From: a virus
Taxonomy: Duplodnaviria; Heunggongvirae; Uroviricota; Caudoviricetes
Length of the DNA: 64,000 bases
IMG/VR virus record: IMGVR_UViG_3300021387_000529
Span: 32,001 to 96,000 of that record
Strand: one strand, 5' to 3'
Part shown: piece by piece, positions 19,524-28,771 of the stretch
How positions within the stretch are numbered: position 1 is the stretch's first letter
Layout: every line of letters begins with the position of its first letter
Notes under the pieces: model-generated
Database searches by the model: none
Seen by the model: only the letters and a program-made list of their open reading frames with translations
What the model was told of the DNA's origin: nothing
Made by a program: the position numbers and the translations under genes

Positions 19524-20205
19524 TCCAAATGAAAAGTTGTCTGAAATGACAAAAGATGAGATTGTCAATTTTGAGTTTCAGCGGCTTCAGGATGCTCTTG
19601 TCAAAAATGATGCTACAAAACTGAGAAACATTCAGGAAGACATCAGAACAAAGTTTGCGAAATACAAGCGCGAATATGAGCCTTGGTCTGCTAAGATTGA
19701 AAAGTTTAACAGAGAAGCTGACGCTCATTTTGCTGAGGACAAAGAGATTAAAAAGAGGGTTGCGAGCAATCCGATGATTGCTGAGCTTAAAAACTTCTTC
19801 AATGCTCTTCATTATACTTCCATATCATTGTTGGTATTTGGGCCAGTCTATCAGATTTACCATCTTGCGACACATGGTTGGGCTAATTCAACTTACATGT
19901 TCTTAGCATTTTTTTGGATCGTGCTGATTGCTCGCCTCAGTTTCGAGTTCTATGTTGAGTACCCAGAATTTGTTACAAAACATAAGCACAAGTTTCCGAA
20001 AGACTTCTGCCACAAGGAAATGGCGCAAGCTTTCTTGAAATATGATGCGTATTGCAGTTGTGACACATTGGCAATGTTGTTTGACAGATTTGTATTCAGC
20101 AAGCAACTCGCTGATTGTATACCAGTTCTTGATGCATATCCAGATGCAAAAAGAGCTATTAATATTAAATTCAATGAAGTTGTAAAGACAGGAGATATTT
20201 GGTAA
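19513..20205 (+). CDS. Hypothetical membrane protein
   Basis: Two central hydrophobic segments. Confidence 0.55.
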   Translation: MMRNPNEKLSEMTKDEIVNFEFQRLQDALVKNDATKLRNIQEDIRTKFAKYKREYEPWSAKIEKFNREADAHFAEDKEIKKRVASNPMIAELKNFFNALHYTSISLLVFGPVYQIYHLATHGWANSTYMFLAFFWIVLIARLSFEFYVEYPEFVTKHKHKFPKDFCHKEMAQAFLKYDAYCSCDTLAMLFDRFVFSKQLADCIPVLDAYPDAKRAINIKFNEVVKTGDIW

Positions 20206-20768
20206 AAATGGCAAAGTATTTTATTGTAATTGACATGCAGAATGACTTCGTAACAGGAAGTTTGGCAAATCCGGCAGCAGCCGCAACTATTCCGTTCATC
20301 AAGAACCAGATTGAGCATTTCAAAGCAAAAGGTTATCAGATTGTGTTCACACGTGATACACACTTTAAAAATTACCTCAAAACAAATGAGGGAAAACATC
20401 TTCCAGTTGTTCACTGTATTGAAGGCACAAAAGGTTGGGAAATTGTTCCGGAGTTGAATGGCACACCTGAAGCAAAAGTTATTGACAAAACACATTTCGG
20501 TTTTACTGGTTGGGCAGACCTTATTAAGCCTGGCGATGAAGTTGTAATGTGTGGAACAGTAACATCAATTTGTGTCGTGAGCAACGCTCTTGCAATGAAA
20601 GCTCTCAGCAATGTTGAAGTTACAATTCTTGCAGAAGGTTGTTCTGGACTTTCAAATGAAGACCACGAAGCTGCATTAAAAGTTATGGAATGTTGCCAGT
20701 GTAAAGTTATCCGTGACCTTGCAGCTACAGTTGCAGAAGAAAATGCTGCTCAGGAAGCTGGAGCATAA
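20199..20768 (+). CDS. pncA: Nicotinamidase (isochorismatase/cysteine hydrolase family)
   Basis: VIDMQNDF, TRDTH, HCIEGT.G, DK.HF, SICV give the catalytic Asp-Lys-Cys triad and metal ligands. Confidence 0.85.
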   Translation: MVKMAKYFIVIDMQNDFVTGSLANPAAAATIPFIKNQIEHFKAKGYQIVFTRDTHFKNYLKTNEGKHLPVVHCIEGTKGWEIVPELNGTPEAKVIDKTHFGFTGWADLIKPGDEVVMCGTVTSICVVSNALAMKALSNVEVTILAEGCSGLSNEDHEAALKVMECCQCKVIRDLAATVAEENAAQEAGA

Positions 20769-20771
20769 AAT

Positions 20772-21062
20772 ATGAAAAAATACACAATAAGAGCAGAGAT
20801 TAGCGGATGGGCAACTGTTGCTTGCAATGATGATGACGATTACGAAGATTTAGACTGCGGCGATTATGACTATTCTGCTGGAAATTCTGGAGCTTCTTTC
20901 AATAAAGAGGTTATAGTTGATGTAGAAGCTCCAGATGATGTGTCAACAGACTCTAAAGAATTTAGAGAACTTGTAAGAGATGCGGCATTTGAAAACTTTG
21001 ATTCTGGAAATTTGGATATTCTCGATGGTGAGAATGACTTGGATGATTTTGAAGTTCTATGA
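20772..21062 (+). CDS. Acidic hypothetical protein
   Basis: D/E-rich, 96 aa. Confidence 0.55.
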   Translation: MKKYTIRAEISGWATVACNDDDDYEDLDCGDYDYSAGNSGASFNKEVIVDVEAPDDVSTDSKEFRELVRDAAFENFDSGNLDILDGENDLDDFEVL

Positions 21063-21232
21063 GCATTGCAGTAACAAAATACAAGCTTCTTGCTTACAAA
21101 GATGAGGTGCTTGTAGCAAGAGTAATAACCGAAAATGAGACTCAAATCTGTAAACTTGCTGATGAGTTACGAAAAAACGGTTATATGGTCAGACTATACG
21201 ATATAGTGCCTACTTGCACAGGGAGATAAAAA

Positions 21233-22090
21233 ATGAGCAGTTATTTGGACATTTCTATTGAAAGACAACTTGAAAACGGAAAATGGGTAAATTTCATCAA
21301 TTGTTCATCTGAGGATGCGCTTGAGACAGTAAACCTCTATTTGCTTCGTGATGTTTTCAGAGATTGTGAGTACTACACATGTGAAGTTGACAGAACTGAT
21401 GTTGCAAAACAAACTGCTCTAAACTTCGCAACAAAAATCCATAGACAGAATGGTGTTTTCAATTCTGTTTCAGAAGGCTCACCACTTTGGCCATACGACA
21501 AAGAAGAGCATGATATAAAAATCGAAACTCTTGACATATTGTCTAAAATGGAAGAGCTCGATAGAAATGATAACTTTCGCTTTAGCGAAGTTGTTTTGAC
21601 TTTGCGTGATGGAACAGAACTGGTCTTTGCTACGCCATACAATGCTCTAAATGAGCTGCGATACAATCCAGACTACAAAGATAAAGAACCTGCACATATC
21701 TTCAGAGACACAGTTATCATTCGTAAGTTCTTCGACAAAGATGGAGATGAAGTTGTTCAGTATCAGGTTCCAAATCACACATACCTTTCAACATATGAAG
21801 ATTTGAAAAAGTTTGAGCATGAGATTGAAAGGGAATTAGAAGACGCAAAGCGGTCCCAGAGTGATGAGGTGCGTCTCAGTTCAATCCTTGCTGATGAGGT
21901 TAGTGAATTAAAGCCTGAAGAAATGGAAGGCCCTCTGGGTGAAATTGTGAAGCGTTTGATTGCGCATAATGACGGTGATTTTTACTACACTCTAGACTAT
22001 GTTGAAAGTCTTGGAAATGTTCTTGACGAGCTTCATTTCTTAATTCGTCTTGTTGGCAAAAATGGTCGTATCATATGGAGGGTTTCATAA
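21233..22090 (+). CDS. Hypothetical protein
   Basis: 285-aa ORF with GGAG RBS. Confidence 0.6.
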   Translation: MSSYLDISIERQLENGKWVNFINCSSEDALETVNLYLLRDVFRDCEYYTCEVDRTDVAKQTALNFATKIHRQNGVFNSVSEGSPLWPYDKEEHDIKIETLDILSKMEELDRNDNFRFSEVVLTLRDGTELVFATPYNALNELRYNPDYKDKEPAHIFRDTVIIRKFFDKDGDEVVQYQVPNHTYLSTYEDLKKFEHEIERELEDAKRSQSDEVRLSSILADEVSELKPEEMEGPLGEIVKRLIAHNDGDFYYTLDYVESLGNVLDELHFLIRLVGKNGRIIWRVS

Positions 22091-22091
22091 T

Positions 22092-22577
22092 ATGGGTAGT
22101 TTTTTCAGACAGATTATTGAGCCTGAACTTCCAAAAGCAACTTGTCCAAAATGTGGAAAAGAATACATAGCTGCTAGTATTCATCAACAGTATGCGCCAC
22201 ATGTTAATGAGATGTGCTATTCATGTTGGAAAAGTCAATTTCAAGGTCGTAAGCTGACAAGAGAAGAAATTCAAGAAGCTGCAGAAAGTTTTATTGAAGA
22301 GAAATCGAAGTTTGGTTATTACGATTGTAGTCTTCCAGACTTCTACTCAAAAGAACAAGAAGAAGCTATTCTTAGAAGAGTTGGCGAAATCTATGCTGAA
22401 AGAGAAGCTGCAAAAGAAGCAGAAACTCGTGCAATCTATCTCAAGAAAGCTGAGAAGTTTATAGAAGAAAATGGAAATGACACTAAAAACATTGTGGCAG
22501 CTCTTCTTCGACTTATTGATGATAATTATACAAGACTTGACAGAAAAGTGCCGCTTTCAGAAATGAGATTTGGTTAA
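22092..22577 (+). CDS. Hypothetical protein with CxxC...CxxC zinc ribbon
   Basis: CPKC...CYSC; start re-called to ATG 22092. Confidence 0.55.
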   Translation: MGSFFRQIIEPELPKATCPKCGKEYIAASIHQQYAPHVNEMCYSCWKSQFQGRKLTREEIQEAAESFIEEKSKFGYYDCSLPDFYSKEQEEAILRRVGEIYAEREAAKEAETRAIYLKKAEKFIEENGNDTKNIVAALLRLIDDNYTRLDRKVPLSEMRFG

Positions 22578-22584
22578 AAATTTT

Positions 22585-22613
22585 TTGAACAATTTTTCAA
22601 AACTTCATATATT
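22585..22613 (+). promoter_or_regulatory. Early promoter TTGAAC-N17-TATATT
   Basis: Recurring motif. Confidence 0.8.
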
Positions 22614-22634
22614 ATTTATGTATGGAGGTCAAAA

Positions 22635-23114
22635 ATGATTGATGAATCTTTCGGTGAGTTTTCACAGACAACACATATTATTGGAGCAAAAATCCAGATG
22701 GATATTTCAATCTGGTATAAGGTTGGAGTGAATGGTCCAGAGTGTGGCAGGTGTTCATTCTCATTTGACAAAACTCCAGAAGAATACCGTGGAAAAATTC
22801 GTACATTTACGACCAAATCATATGAAGCTGCTTCAATCCTCAACCAAATTATCAGTAAAAGCTTCAAAGATGTGGGTTACAAACACTACAAGTCAAGAGA
22901 CATCAAAGAGCTTTTCTCTGATGATTGGAAGAGAATTGTTGAAAAGTGGGAAGTCGAAGCTTCTAAAGAAAAGTTTGGGCAGTTCCAGGTTGAGCTGAAA
23001 AAATTGTTGGAAAAATATGGATATGAGATGAATGCTGAGTCTGAGTCTTACGATGGTGACCATGCTTATATCACAGTCTTTGATACTAAAACAGGAAATG
23101 AATACTTTCTTTGA
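22635..23114 (+). CDS. Hypothetical protein
   Basis: GGAGG RBS after the promoter. Confidence 0.6.
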   Translation: MIDESFGEFSQTTHIIGAKIQMDISIWYKVGVNGPECGRCSFSFDKTPEEYRGKIRTFTTKSYEAASILNQIISKSFKDVGYKHYKSRDIKELFSDDWKRIVEKWEVEASKEKFGQFQVELKKLLEKYGYEMNAESESYDGDHAYITVFDTKTGNEYFL

Positions 23115-23128
23115 AAGAGGATAGATAA

Positions 23129-23935
23129 ATGGCAAACATTGACTACAATAAACTGCATGATGACATTACGCAGTGGACAGTCGACTGGTTCCTGAAAAAT
23201 GGCGGTGACTATGCAGTAATTGGTATCAGCGGAGGAAAAGACTCTTCAATTTGTGCTGCTATTCTTGCTGAAGCGCTCGGACCGCAAAGAGTTGTTGGCG
23301 TTCTTATGCCAAATGGCAAACAGAGTGACATTGAAGACTCACACAGAGTTGTTGAAGCTCTCGGAATTAAGAGCATTGAAGTAAACATTGGTTCAGCTTA
23401 TGAAGCTCTTCAGAAGAACATTGATGTTCCTTTCGGCCCGGAAGATTGGACTAAACTCTTCACAACTAACACGCCTGCACGTTTGCGTATGGTTACACTG
23501 TATGGAGTTGCTGCTCAGATTAACGGCCGCGTTGTAAATACATGCAATCTTTCAGAAGACTTCGTTGGTTACTCAACAAAGTGGGGTGATGCAACTGGCG
23601 ACTTCAGTCTTCTTGGAAAGCTCACAAAGACTGAAGTTGTAAGACTTGGTGATACTTTCAAAAACCTTCCATTTGACTTGGTTCATAAAACTCCTTCAGA
23701 TGGAATGTGTGGAAAGTCTGATGAAGACAATATGGGTTTTACTTATGAGCTTCTTGACAAACTTATTCGCAATGAGCCGCTTGACCTTTCTGAGTTCTAC
23801 AGAAATCTTGAAGCAGTCAACAAAATTTTGAAGATGAACTTGCATCCGAATACAAAGAAAAAGCTCGTTGTATTCGATGTTTATGACCCGGGTCTTCCAA
23901 TCGTTGATCCAACAAAGCTCTTCAACGTATATTAA
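23129..23935 (+). CDS. nadE: NH3-dependent NAD+ synthetase
   Basis: VIGISGGKDSS, N..ARLRM, T.N.SE..VGY.TKWGD, K.PSDG...DED..G; no glutaminase domain. Confidence 0.92.
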   Translation: MANIDYNKLHDDITQWTVDWFLKNGGDYAVIGISGGKDSSICAAILAEALGPQRVVGVLMPNGKQSDIEDSHRVVEALGIKSIEVNIGSAYEALQKNIDVPFGPEDWTKLFTTNTPARLRMVTLYGVAAQINGRVVNTCNLSEDFVGYSTKWGDATGDFSLLGKLTKTEVVRLGDTFKNLPFDLVHKTPSDGMCGKSDEDNMGFTYELLDKLIRNEPLDLSEFYRNLEAVNKILKMNLHPNTKKKLVVFDVYDPGLPIVDPTKLFNVY

Positions 23936-23950
23936 TCTTATTTACGAGAT

Positions 23951-24787
23951 ATGATTGGAGATTTTTATTCTAAATATATGGGTTATATTGGCGAAATGAG
24001 ACCTATGCTTAGTAGCTTAGGACTTGGTGAAAGCTGGTTAGACCTTGATAAAACATTAAAAAACGAGAACTTTAAAGAGTTTCTCGATAATAAAAAACCC
24101 TCGGAAGAAACTGAGGACATAGAGGAGAAAAGTGCTATGGATATGAATGGCATGTTTAATGGAATGTTTGGCCACCTCGGCAGTGGTATGTGTCGACTTG
24201 GAATTAACGGTAATGTTGCTGTTAAAACTGCAAATGGTTACAAGACTTATAACGTCGAGACTGGTAACTTGACGAATGTAACTCAGTTCTGTTTTGACAT
24301 CGGTCAGGAGTTCTTCTTCGTGATGCCTACAACTAAGGCTAAGAAAGGTGACATTCTGTTGATTGATGGACATCCGAAATGCGTTATCGAAAACAAAGAT
24401 AACAAAACAATCAAAGTTATGGACTACGAAAACAGTGCAATCCAGGAAATCGTTCCTGAGCGCCATGTATTCATGGGCCAGACTTATTTCTACCGCAAGA
24501 TTGTTTCAATGTTTGGAACAAACAATTTCTTGAAAGGCAGCAAGGGTATGAGCAAAATGTTCAAGCTCATGATGCTCAAGGAAATGATGGGCGGTATGCT
24601 TGGTGGGAGCCGCAATTCTGGCTCTGATAATCCTCTTGCTGGTATGCTTCCTATGATGATGATGGGAAACATGTTCGGTGGCGATAAAGATGGCGGACTT
24701 GGTGACTTCACTGAGATGTTCGACCTCGACTTCGATGGTGAAGATGAGGAAGATAAGCCGACTGACGATAAGAAAGCTGCTGAGTAA
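23951..24787 (+). CDS. Hypothetical protein with Met/Gly-rich tail, associated with the vWA gene
   Basis: Long ORF; alternative start at 24136 after GAGGAG. Confidence 0.6.
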   Translation: MIGDFYSKYMGYIGEMRPMLSSLGLGESWLDLDKTLKNENFKEFLDNKKPSEETEDIEEKSAMDMNGMFNGMFGHLGSGMCRLGINGNVAVKTANGYKTYNVETGNLTNVTQFCFDIGQEFFFVMPTTKAKKGDILLIDGHPKCVIENKDNKTIKVMDYENSAIQEIVPERHVFMGQTYFYRKIVSMFGTNNFLKGSKGMSKMFKLMMLKEMMGGMLGGSRNSGSDNPLAGMLPMMMMGNMFGGDKDGGLGDFTEMFDLDFDGEDEEDKPTDDKKAAE

Positions 24788-24801
24788 CAAAAACTAAAAA
24801 A

Positions 24802-24821
24802 GGGGAGCCGTACGGCTCCCC
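24802..24821. terminator. GC-rich perfect 20-bp palindrome (terminator or RNA stabiliser)
   Basis: ggggagccgt-acggctcccc with an A run on the 5' side. Confidence 0.55.
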
Positions 24822-24842
24822 AACTATTATGGAGGAATTATT

Positions 24843-25733
24843 ATGGGTGGCGGTTGCTATTCTTCAAGTTCATTTGCTAGCTATTCATTAAGCAGTGGCA
24901 AATCATATGATGTACATACAAAACGTATTTCTGGGCAGAAGTTTGACGTTACAAGGTTGAAAGAAGCCCTCAATCCGAAAAATAAAATTCGTGAATGTTG
25001 CAATTCAGACGAGCATCCAAATACTGTTCCAGTTATTCTTGCACTTGATGTAACTGGCTCAATGGGCGAAGCTTGCAAGGAAACAGCTGAAGCGCTTTCA
25101 CAGATTATGGACACCCTTTATACAAAGTTTAAGGATGTTGAAGTCATGGTAATGGGTGTTGGCGACTTTGAATGTGATGACGCTCCGCTTCAGGTTTCAC
25201 AGTTTGAGTCTGACGTTCGTGTTGCTCAGCAGCTCGACCAGATTTGGATGGAACATGGTGGTGGTGGAAACAGATATGAAAGCTACACAGCTCCATGGCT
25301 GTTTGGCCTTTACCGCACAAAACTTGACGCATTCGACAAACAGGGACGTAAAGGCATAATTATCACTATGGGTGATGAGCCTCTTAATCCAGACTTGCCG
25401 CTTGGTCGTGTTAAAGAATATCTTGGAAATGTTGATGGCGAGCAGCTTTCAGCAAAAGACCTTGAAACAAAGACACTTTATGAAAATGCTTCAAAGAAAT
25501 TTGACATCTACCATATCGGCGTAAAGAGCAGACACAATGCATATGACCGCTATAAGAATGACATTAAAGAGTCATTTGGAAGCGTTATTGGCCAGAACTT
25601 GAGAGAGTCTACAATCAATGAACTTTCAACAGTTATCTGCGAATGTATCGAAAATTCTATCAATGGCAGCGAAGTTCACTTGAAAGAGGAAGCTCCTGCT
25701 AAGACTGACAGTGAGGGTGCAATTGTATGGTAG
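24843..25733 (+). CDS. vWA domain protein
   Basis: LALDVTGSMG MIDAS motif; GGGN..ESY; ITMGDE. Confidence 0.85.
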   Translation: MGGGCYSSSSFASYSLSSGKSYDVHTKRISGQKFDVTRLKEALNPKNKIRECCNSDEHPNTVPVILALDVTGSMGEACKETAEALSQIMDTLYTKFKDVEVMVMGVGDFECDDAPLQVSQFESDVRVAQQLDQIWMEHGGGGNRYESYTAPWLFGLYRTKLDAFDKQGRKGIIITMGDEPLNPDLPLGRVKEYLGNVDGEQLSAKDLETKTLYENASKKFDIYHIGVKSRHNAYDRYKNDIKESFGSVIGQNLRESTINELSTVICECIENSINGSEVHLKEEAPAKTDSEGAIVW

Positions 25734-26038
25734 AAAAATGGCGGAAAAAACCAGTAACGGTTGACGCCATTCAATACATTGGAACTAAAGAGTCTTATGA
25801 TGAACTTGTAAAGTTTATCAACAACTCAGCTCCTGCCTTAAAAGTTTCAGCTAAACGTGGAGGTTTGACAACCTTCACGGAGAGCACAGTTTACATCACA
25901 ATGCCGAATGACCAGATTTTGCAAATGAATACTGGAGACTTTTTGGTAAAAGGTATTGATGGTTCAATCTATCCTGTAAGAAAAAGCACTTTTTATCGTA
26001 CATACGAAAAAGTGGATAACGGAGAAATTACATGGTAA
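25727..26038 (+). CDS. Conserved phage protein (RKKPV...GD..VKG..G..YP family)
   Basis: WRKKPVTVDAIQY...GDFLVKGIDGSIYP...FYRTYE. Confidence 0.65.
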   Translation: MVEKWRKKPVTVDAIQYIGTKESYDELVKFINNSAPALKVSAKRGGLTTFTESTVYITMPNDQILQMNTGDFLVKGIDGSIYPVRKSTFYRTYEKVDNGEITW

Positions 26039-26472
26039 TCAGTAAGAATGGAATGGTTGGCACTTCAAACAGTGGAATGATAATGGCTTATGCGCTTGAA
26101 ATTGAGTCAGAAGGTTTTGACAATCTTTTTACACACAAACTTGAAAGGCTTGAAGCTGCAGTCATTTTACAGAATGCAAGCCACTTCCATCTTCATGCTG
26201 TTATCAAGTCTCACATTTCAGGTGATGAAGGTGAATTGAAAGTTGATTTTGACGATGAGACATATGTCGAATTCCTAACAAAAGTAAACAGACTTGATGT
26301 TTTTGGCAGTAATCTTGTTTCATGCAAAAAACCAAGTGACGAAATAAAAGACGGGATTTTTGCGGCCATTATTGACAAATCAACTGATGATAGGCCAACA
26401 TTTGAAAAAGATACAGATGGTTATCTCAGAAAATATGAGCATGATGATGACCCAATGGCAATAAGGTGGTAA
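26032..26472 (+). CDS. Hypothetical protein
   Basis: Coupled ORF within the operon. Confidence 0.55.
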   Translation: MVISKNGMVGTSNSGMIMAYALEIESEGFDNLFTHKLERLEAAVILQNASHFHLHAVIKSHISGDEGELKVDFDDETYVEFLTKVNRLDVFGSNLVSCKKPSDEIKDGIFAAIIDKSTDDRPTFEKDTDGYLRKYEHDDDPMAIRW

Positions 26473-26478
26473 GATAAA

Positions 26479-27621
26479 ATGATAGACTTTCATGTAGTAA
26501 TTGGAACAGTTGCAGGAGATGAGGGAAAAGGCACAATCACAGCACAGATTGCAGCTAATCACTCAAATGTCTTGAATGTACTTACAAATGGTGGAGCACA
26601 GCGCGGACATACAGTTGTTTTCGAAGATGGAGACAAACTGGTTAAAAAAACTAACAAACATTTTGGAAGCGCAACGTATCTGCATGCATCAAATTATTTT
26701 TCTTCATCATTTATTCTTGACCCAATGCAGTTCAAGCTTGAATATGAAAGCTATGGTTATCACGAGTTTGGAGGTTTATACAGGCATCCAAATTGCCGTT
26801 GGGTTACGCCTTTTGACATAATGGCCAACCAAGCTGAAGCAAAAGCTCGTGGAGTTCACAACACTTGTGGAATGGGAATTTGGAAAACTATTCAGAGATT
26901 TGCTAACAGCCGTTGGAGCATGCCATTTGACAGGTTTTTAGAGCTCGACTTTGACAAGAGAATTGAATACCTCAAAAGTATCGCAAAGTATTATGAGCCT
27001 GAAATGATGCGCTATAATCAGAAAGAATATGACATCTTTTTTAATGATGAGACTATTCAGACGGATTTGATTTTCCACTTCATCTCAGATTGTGAGTTTA
27101 TGCATATAAATACAATCTTAGTTGATGACAATTTTTTCGAGCTCGACAAGAGGTTTGATACAGTCATTTGTGAAAATGGACAAGGTTTGGCAATTGGTGA
27201 TGACGGAACTGATGATGTACAGAAAACTCCAACTAAGACTGGACTTGCGGCTATACCAAAAGAATTTGAAAGTTATCTTCATGAAAATAATGTAACAAAA
27301 ATCATTCATTATGTGTCACGAACTTATGAGACACGCCATGGAGATGACAGAACTTTCGACAGTATGGCTTCAAAGTACATTTCTTCTTATATTAAAGAAG
27401 ATACAGATAACCATTTCAACATGTGGCAAGGTAGTTTCAAATATGCTCCATTGGATGTTGGAAAATTGAATGAACGAATCGCGAAAGATTTGAAAGGTAA
27501 CTGTGAAAATACGATTACTGAGCTGGATCTAACACACTGTGATGAGGTTGGACCAGAAGGAATAGTTTGTCCATTTGCGCAAAATACAGTTTATCGTGGT
27601 TCACCAATAGTTAAAGTCTAA
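26479..27621 (+). CDS. purA: Adenylosuccinate synthetase-like protein (divergent PurA)
   Basis: GDEGKG, NGGAQRGHTV, TCGMGI, ENGQGL, RTY.TRHG. Confidence 0.75.
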   Translation: MIDFHVVIGTVAGDEGKGTITAQIAANHSNVLNVLTNGGAQRGHTVVFEDGDKLVKKTNKHFGSATYLHASNYFSSSFILDPMQFKLEYESYGYHEFGGLYRHPNCRWVTPFDIMANQAEAKARGVHNTCGMGIWKTIQRFANSRWSMPFDRFLELDFDKRIEYLKSIAKYYEPEMMRYNQKEYDIFFNDETIQTDLIFHFISDCEFMHINTILVDDNFFELDKRFDTVICENGQGLAIGDDGTDDVQKTPTKTGLAAIPKEFESYLHENNVTKIIHYVSRTYETRHGDDRTFDSMASKYISSYIKEDTDNHFNMWQGSFKYAPLDVGKLNERIAKDLKGNCENTITELDLTHCDEVGPEGIVCPFAQNTVYRGSPIVKV

Positions 27622-27627
27622 GAATAG

Positions 27628-27658
27628 AAAAAATGCCGCAGAAGCGGCATTTTTTTTT
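27628..27658 (+). terminator. Rho-independent terminator (bidirectional)
   Basis: aaatgccgc-agaa-gcggcattt followed by a T run. Confidence 0.85.
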
Positions 27659-27685
27659 GAACTTTTAGCCTTCATATCATATATT
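27657..27685 (+). promoter_or_regulatory. Early promoter TTGAAC-N17-TATATT
   Basis: Recurring motif, overlapping the terminator T run. Confidence 0.8.
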
Positions 27686-27718
27686 ATATTTGTAAATAAC
27701 GATAACACGAGGTAAGAT

Positions 27719-27880
27719 ATGAGAAGCTCAGAAATTTTATTGAAAGCTGCTGAAGACGGACTTTTGAGTTGGGAGCAGCTTGCTCGTGAATTGATCGCTG
27801 AAAACAGTGAAGACGACAACGCAGAGGTTGTTCATACCTTTGAGCTCGATGATGATGAGGATGAATATGAAATTGACTAA
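27719..27880 (+). CDS. Small acidic protein (53 aa, not in ORF track)
   Basis: GAGGT RBS right after the early promoter. Confidence 0.55.
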   Translation: MRSSEILLKAAEDGLLSWEQLARELIAENSEDDNAEVVHTFELDDDEDEYEID

Positions 27881-28106
27881 AAAAGCTGCGCTTCGTCTTG
27901 AGCGCATTTCTGGTGAGTTTACAATGGGAATACGTGAAGATGAAGCAACTAACTTCATCAAAAACTTCCCAGATGTAGTAAAGAAACTTGCTGAAGATGG
28001 AACGCCTGATGCTGTTTTGAATGCATATAAAGCAAAATTTGAGCTTGCAGTTGCGTACGAAAAAGTTGCAAAAGCACTTAAAATTCTGGAAGGAGAAATT
28101 GTATGA
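27867..28106 (+). CDS. Hypothetical protein
   Basis: ATG 27867 after GAGGA. Confidence 0.55.
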   Translation: MKLTKKAALRLERISGEFTMGIREDEATNFIKNFPDVVKKLAEDGTPDAVLNAYKAKFELAVAYEKVAKALKILEGEIV

Positions 28107-28276
28107 CAAATGCTGAAGTTATTGCTGAATTGAAAAAATGTCCGCCTGATGCTGATTGCCGTATTGACATCTACAAAAAAGAAAATGGTAAGTTTGTAAA
28201 CTCTGAATTTTATCGTCCATACGAAGTAAAGTTTGACCATGAAGAAAATGAAGTTGTGCTGAATGCAGCTGACTAA
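28103..28276 (+). CDS. Small hypothetical protein (57 aa, not in ORF track)
   Basis: AGGAG RBS, ATGA overlap; MTNAEVIAELKKCP. Confidence 0.55.
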   Translation: MTNAEVIAELKKCPPDADCRIDIYKKENGKFVNSEFYRPYEVKFDHEENEVVLNAAD

Positions 28277-28300
28277 TTTTTTATTGGAGACTTAAAAGAA

Positions 28301-28714
28301 ATGGAAAAAGACTTTTCGCAGCTTTCTAGCAGTCAAATTAGAGATTATGAGAAAGCAATCGAAAGCTATATTGAGCAGATGTGTGGATATACACAATTAA
28401 ACTCACGTGATGTGCCAATGGGTGCTGGTCCAGCTCTTAATATGTTTGGAAAACCAAGCAATCATTACTGTTGCCGCCCAAAATATTACAGAGCAGATGT
28501 CAACACATTTGATAAGACTATCAAACTTGAATATGAGACACAGGAAACACCAATCAACGTTGCGAAAGACATGCTTCAGTATTGTCTTGACACAATTGGT
28601 GAATGGGACTTTCAAGTTGAAGATAAAATCCTTGAGCTCATCAACAATGGCTTCAAGTTTCATGTTTATGTTCATGACAGAGCTAAGAAACAAGAAGATG
28701 AGTTTGATTGGTAA
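28301..28714 (+). CDS. Hypothetical protein
   Basis: GGAG RBS. Confidence 0.55.
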   Translation: MEKDFSQLSSSQIRDYEKAIESYIEQMCGYTQLNSRDVPMGAGPALNMFGKPSNHYCCRPKYYRADVNTFDKTIKLEYETQETPINVAKDMLQYCLDTIGEWDFQVEDKILELINNGFKFHVYVHDRAKKQEDEFDW

Positions 28715-28771
28715 TTATTAATCTATAAACAAAGCAGTATGTCGAAATGCTGCTAAAAATACAAAACAATA

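Noticed and set aside
25716-26472. Shared C-terminal I-x-W tag on consecutive proteins
   Set aside because: Largely explained by overlapping RBS and ATGGTAA/ATGGTAG start-stop coupling.
26479-27621. PurZ / Z-genome (PurA-like gene plus DatZ-like HD enzyme)
   Set aside because: The enzyme retains the PurA Asp (GDEGKG) rather than the PurZ Ser; no MazZ is seen; the HD gene is 28 kb away.
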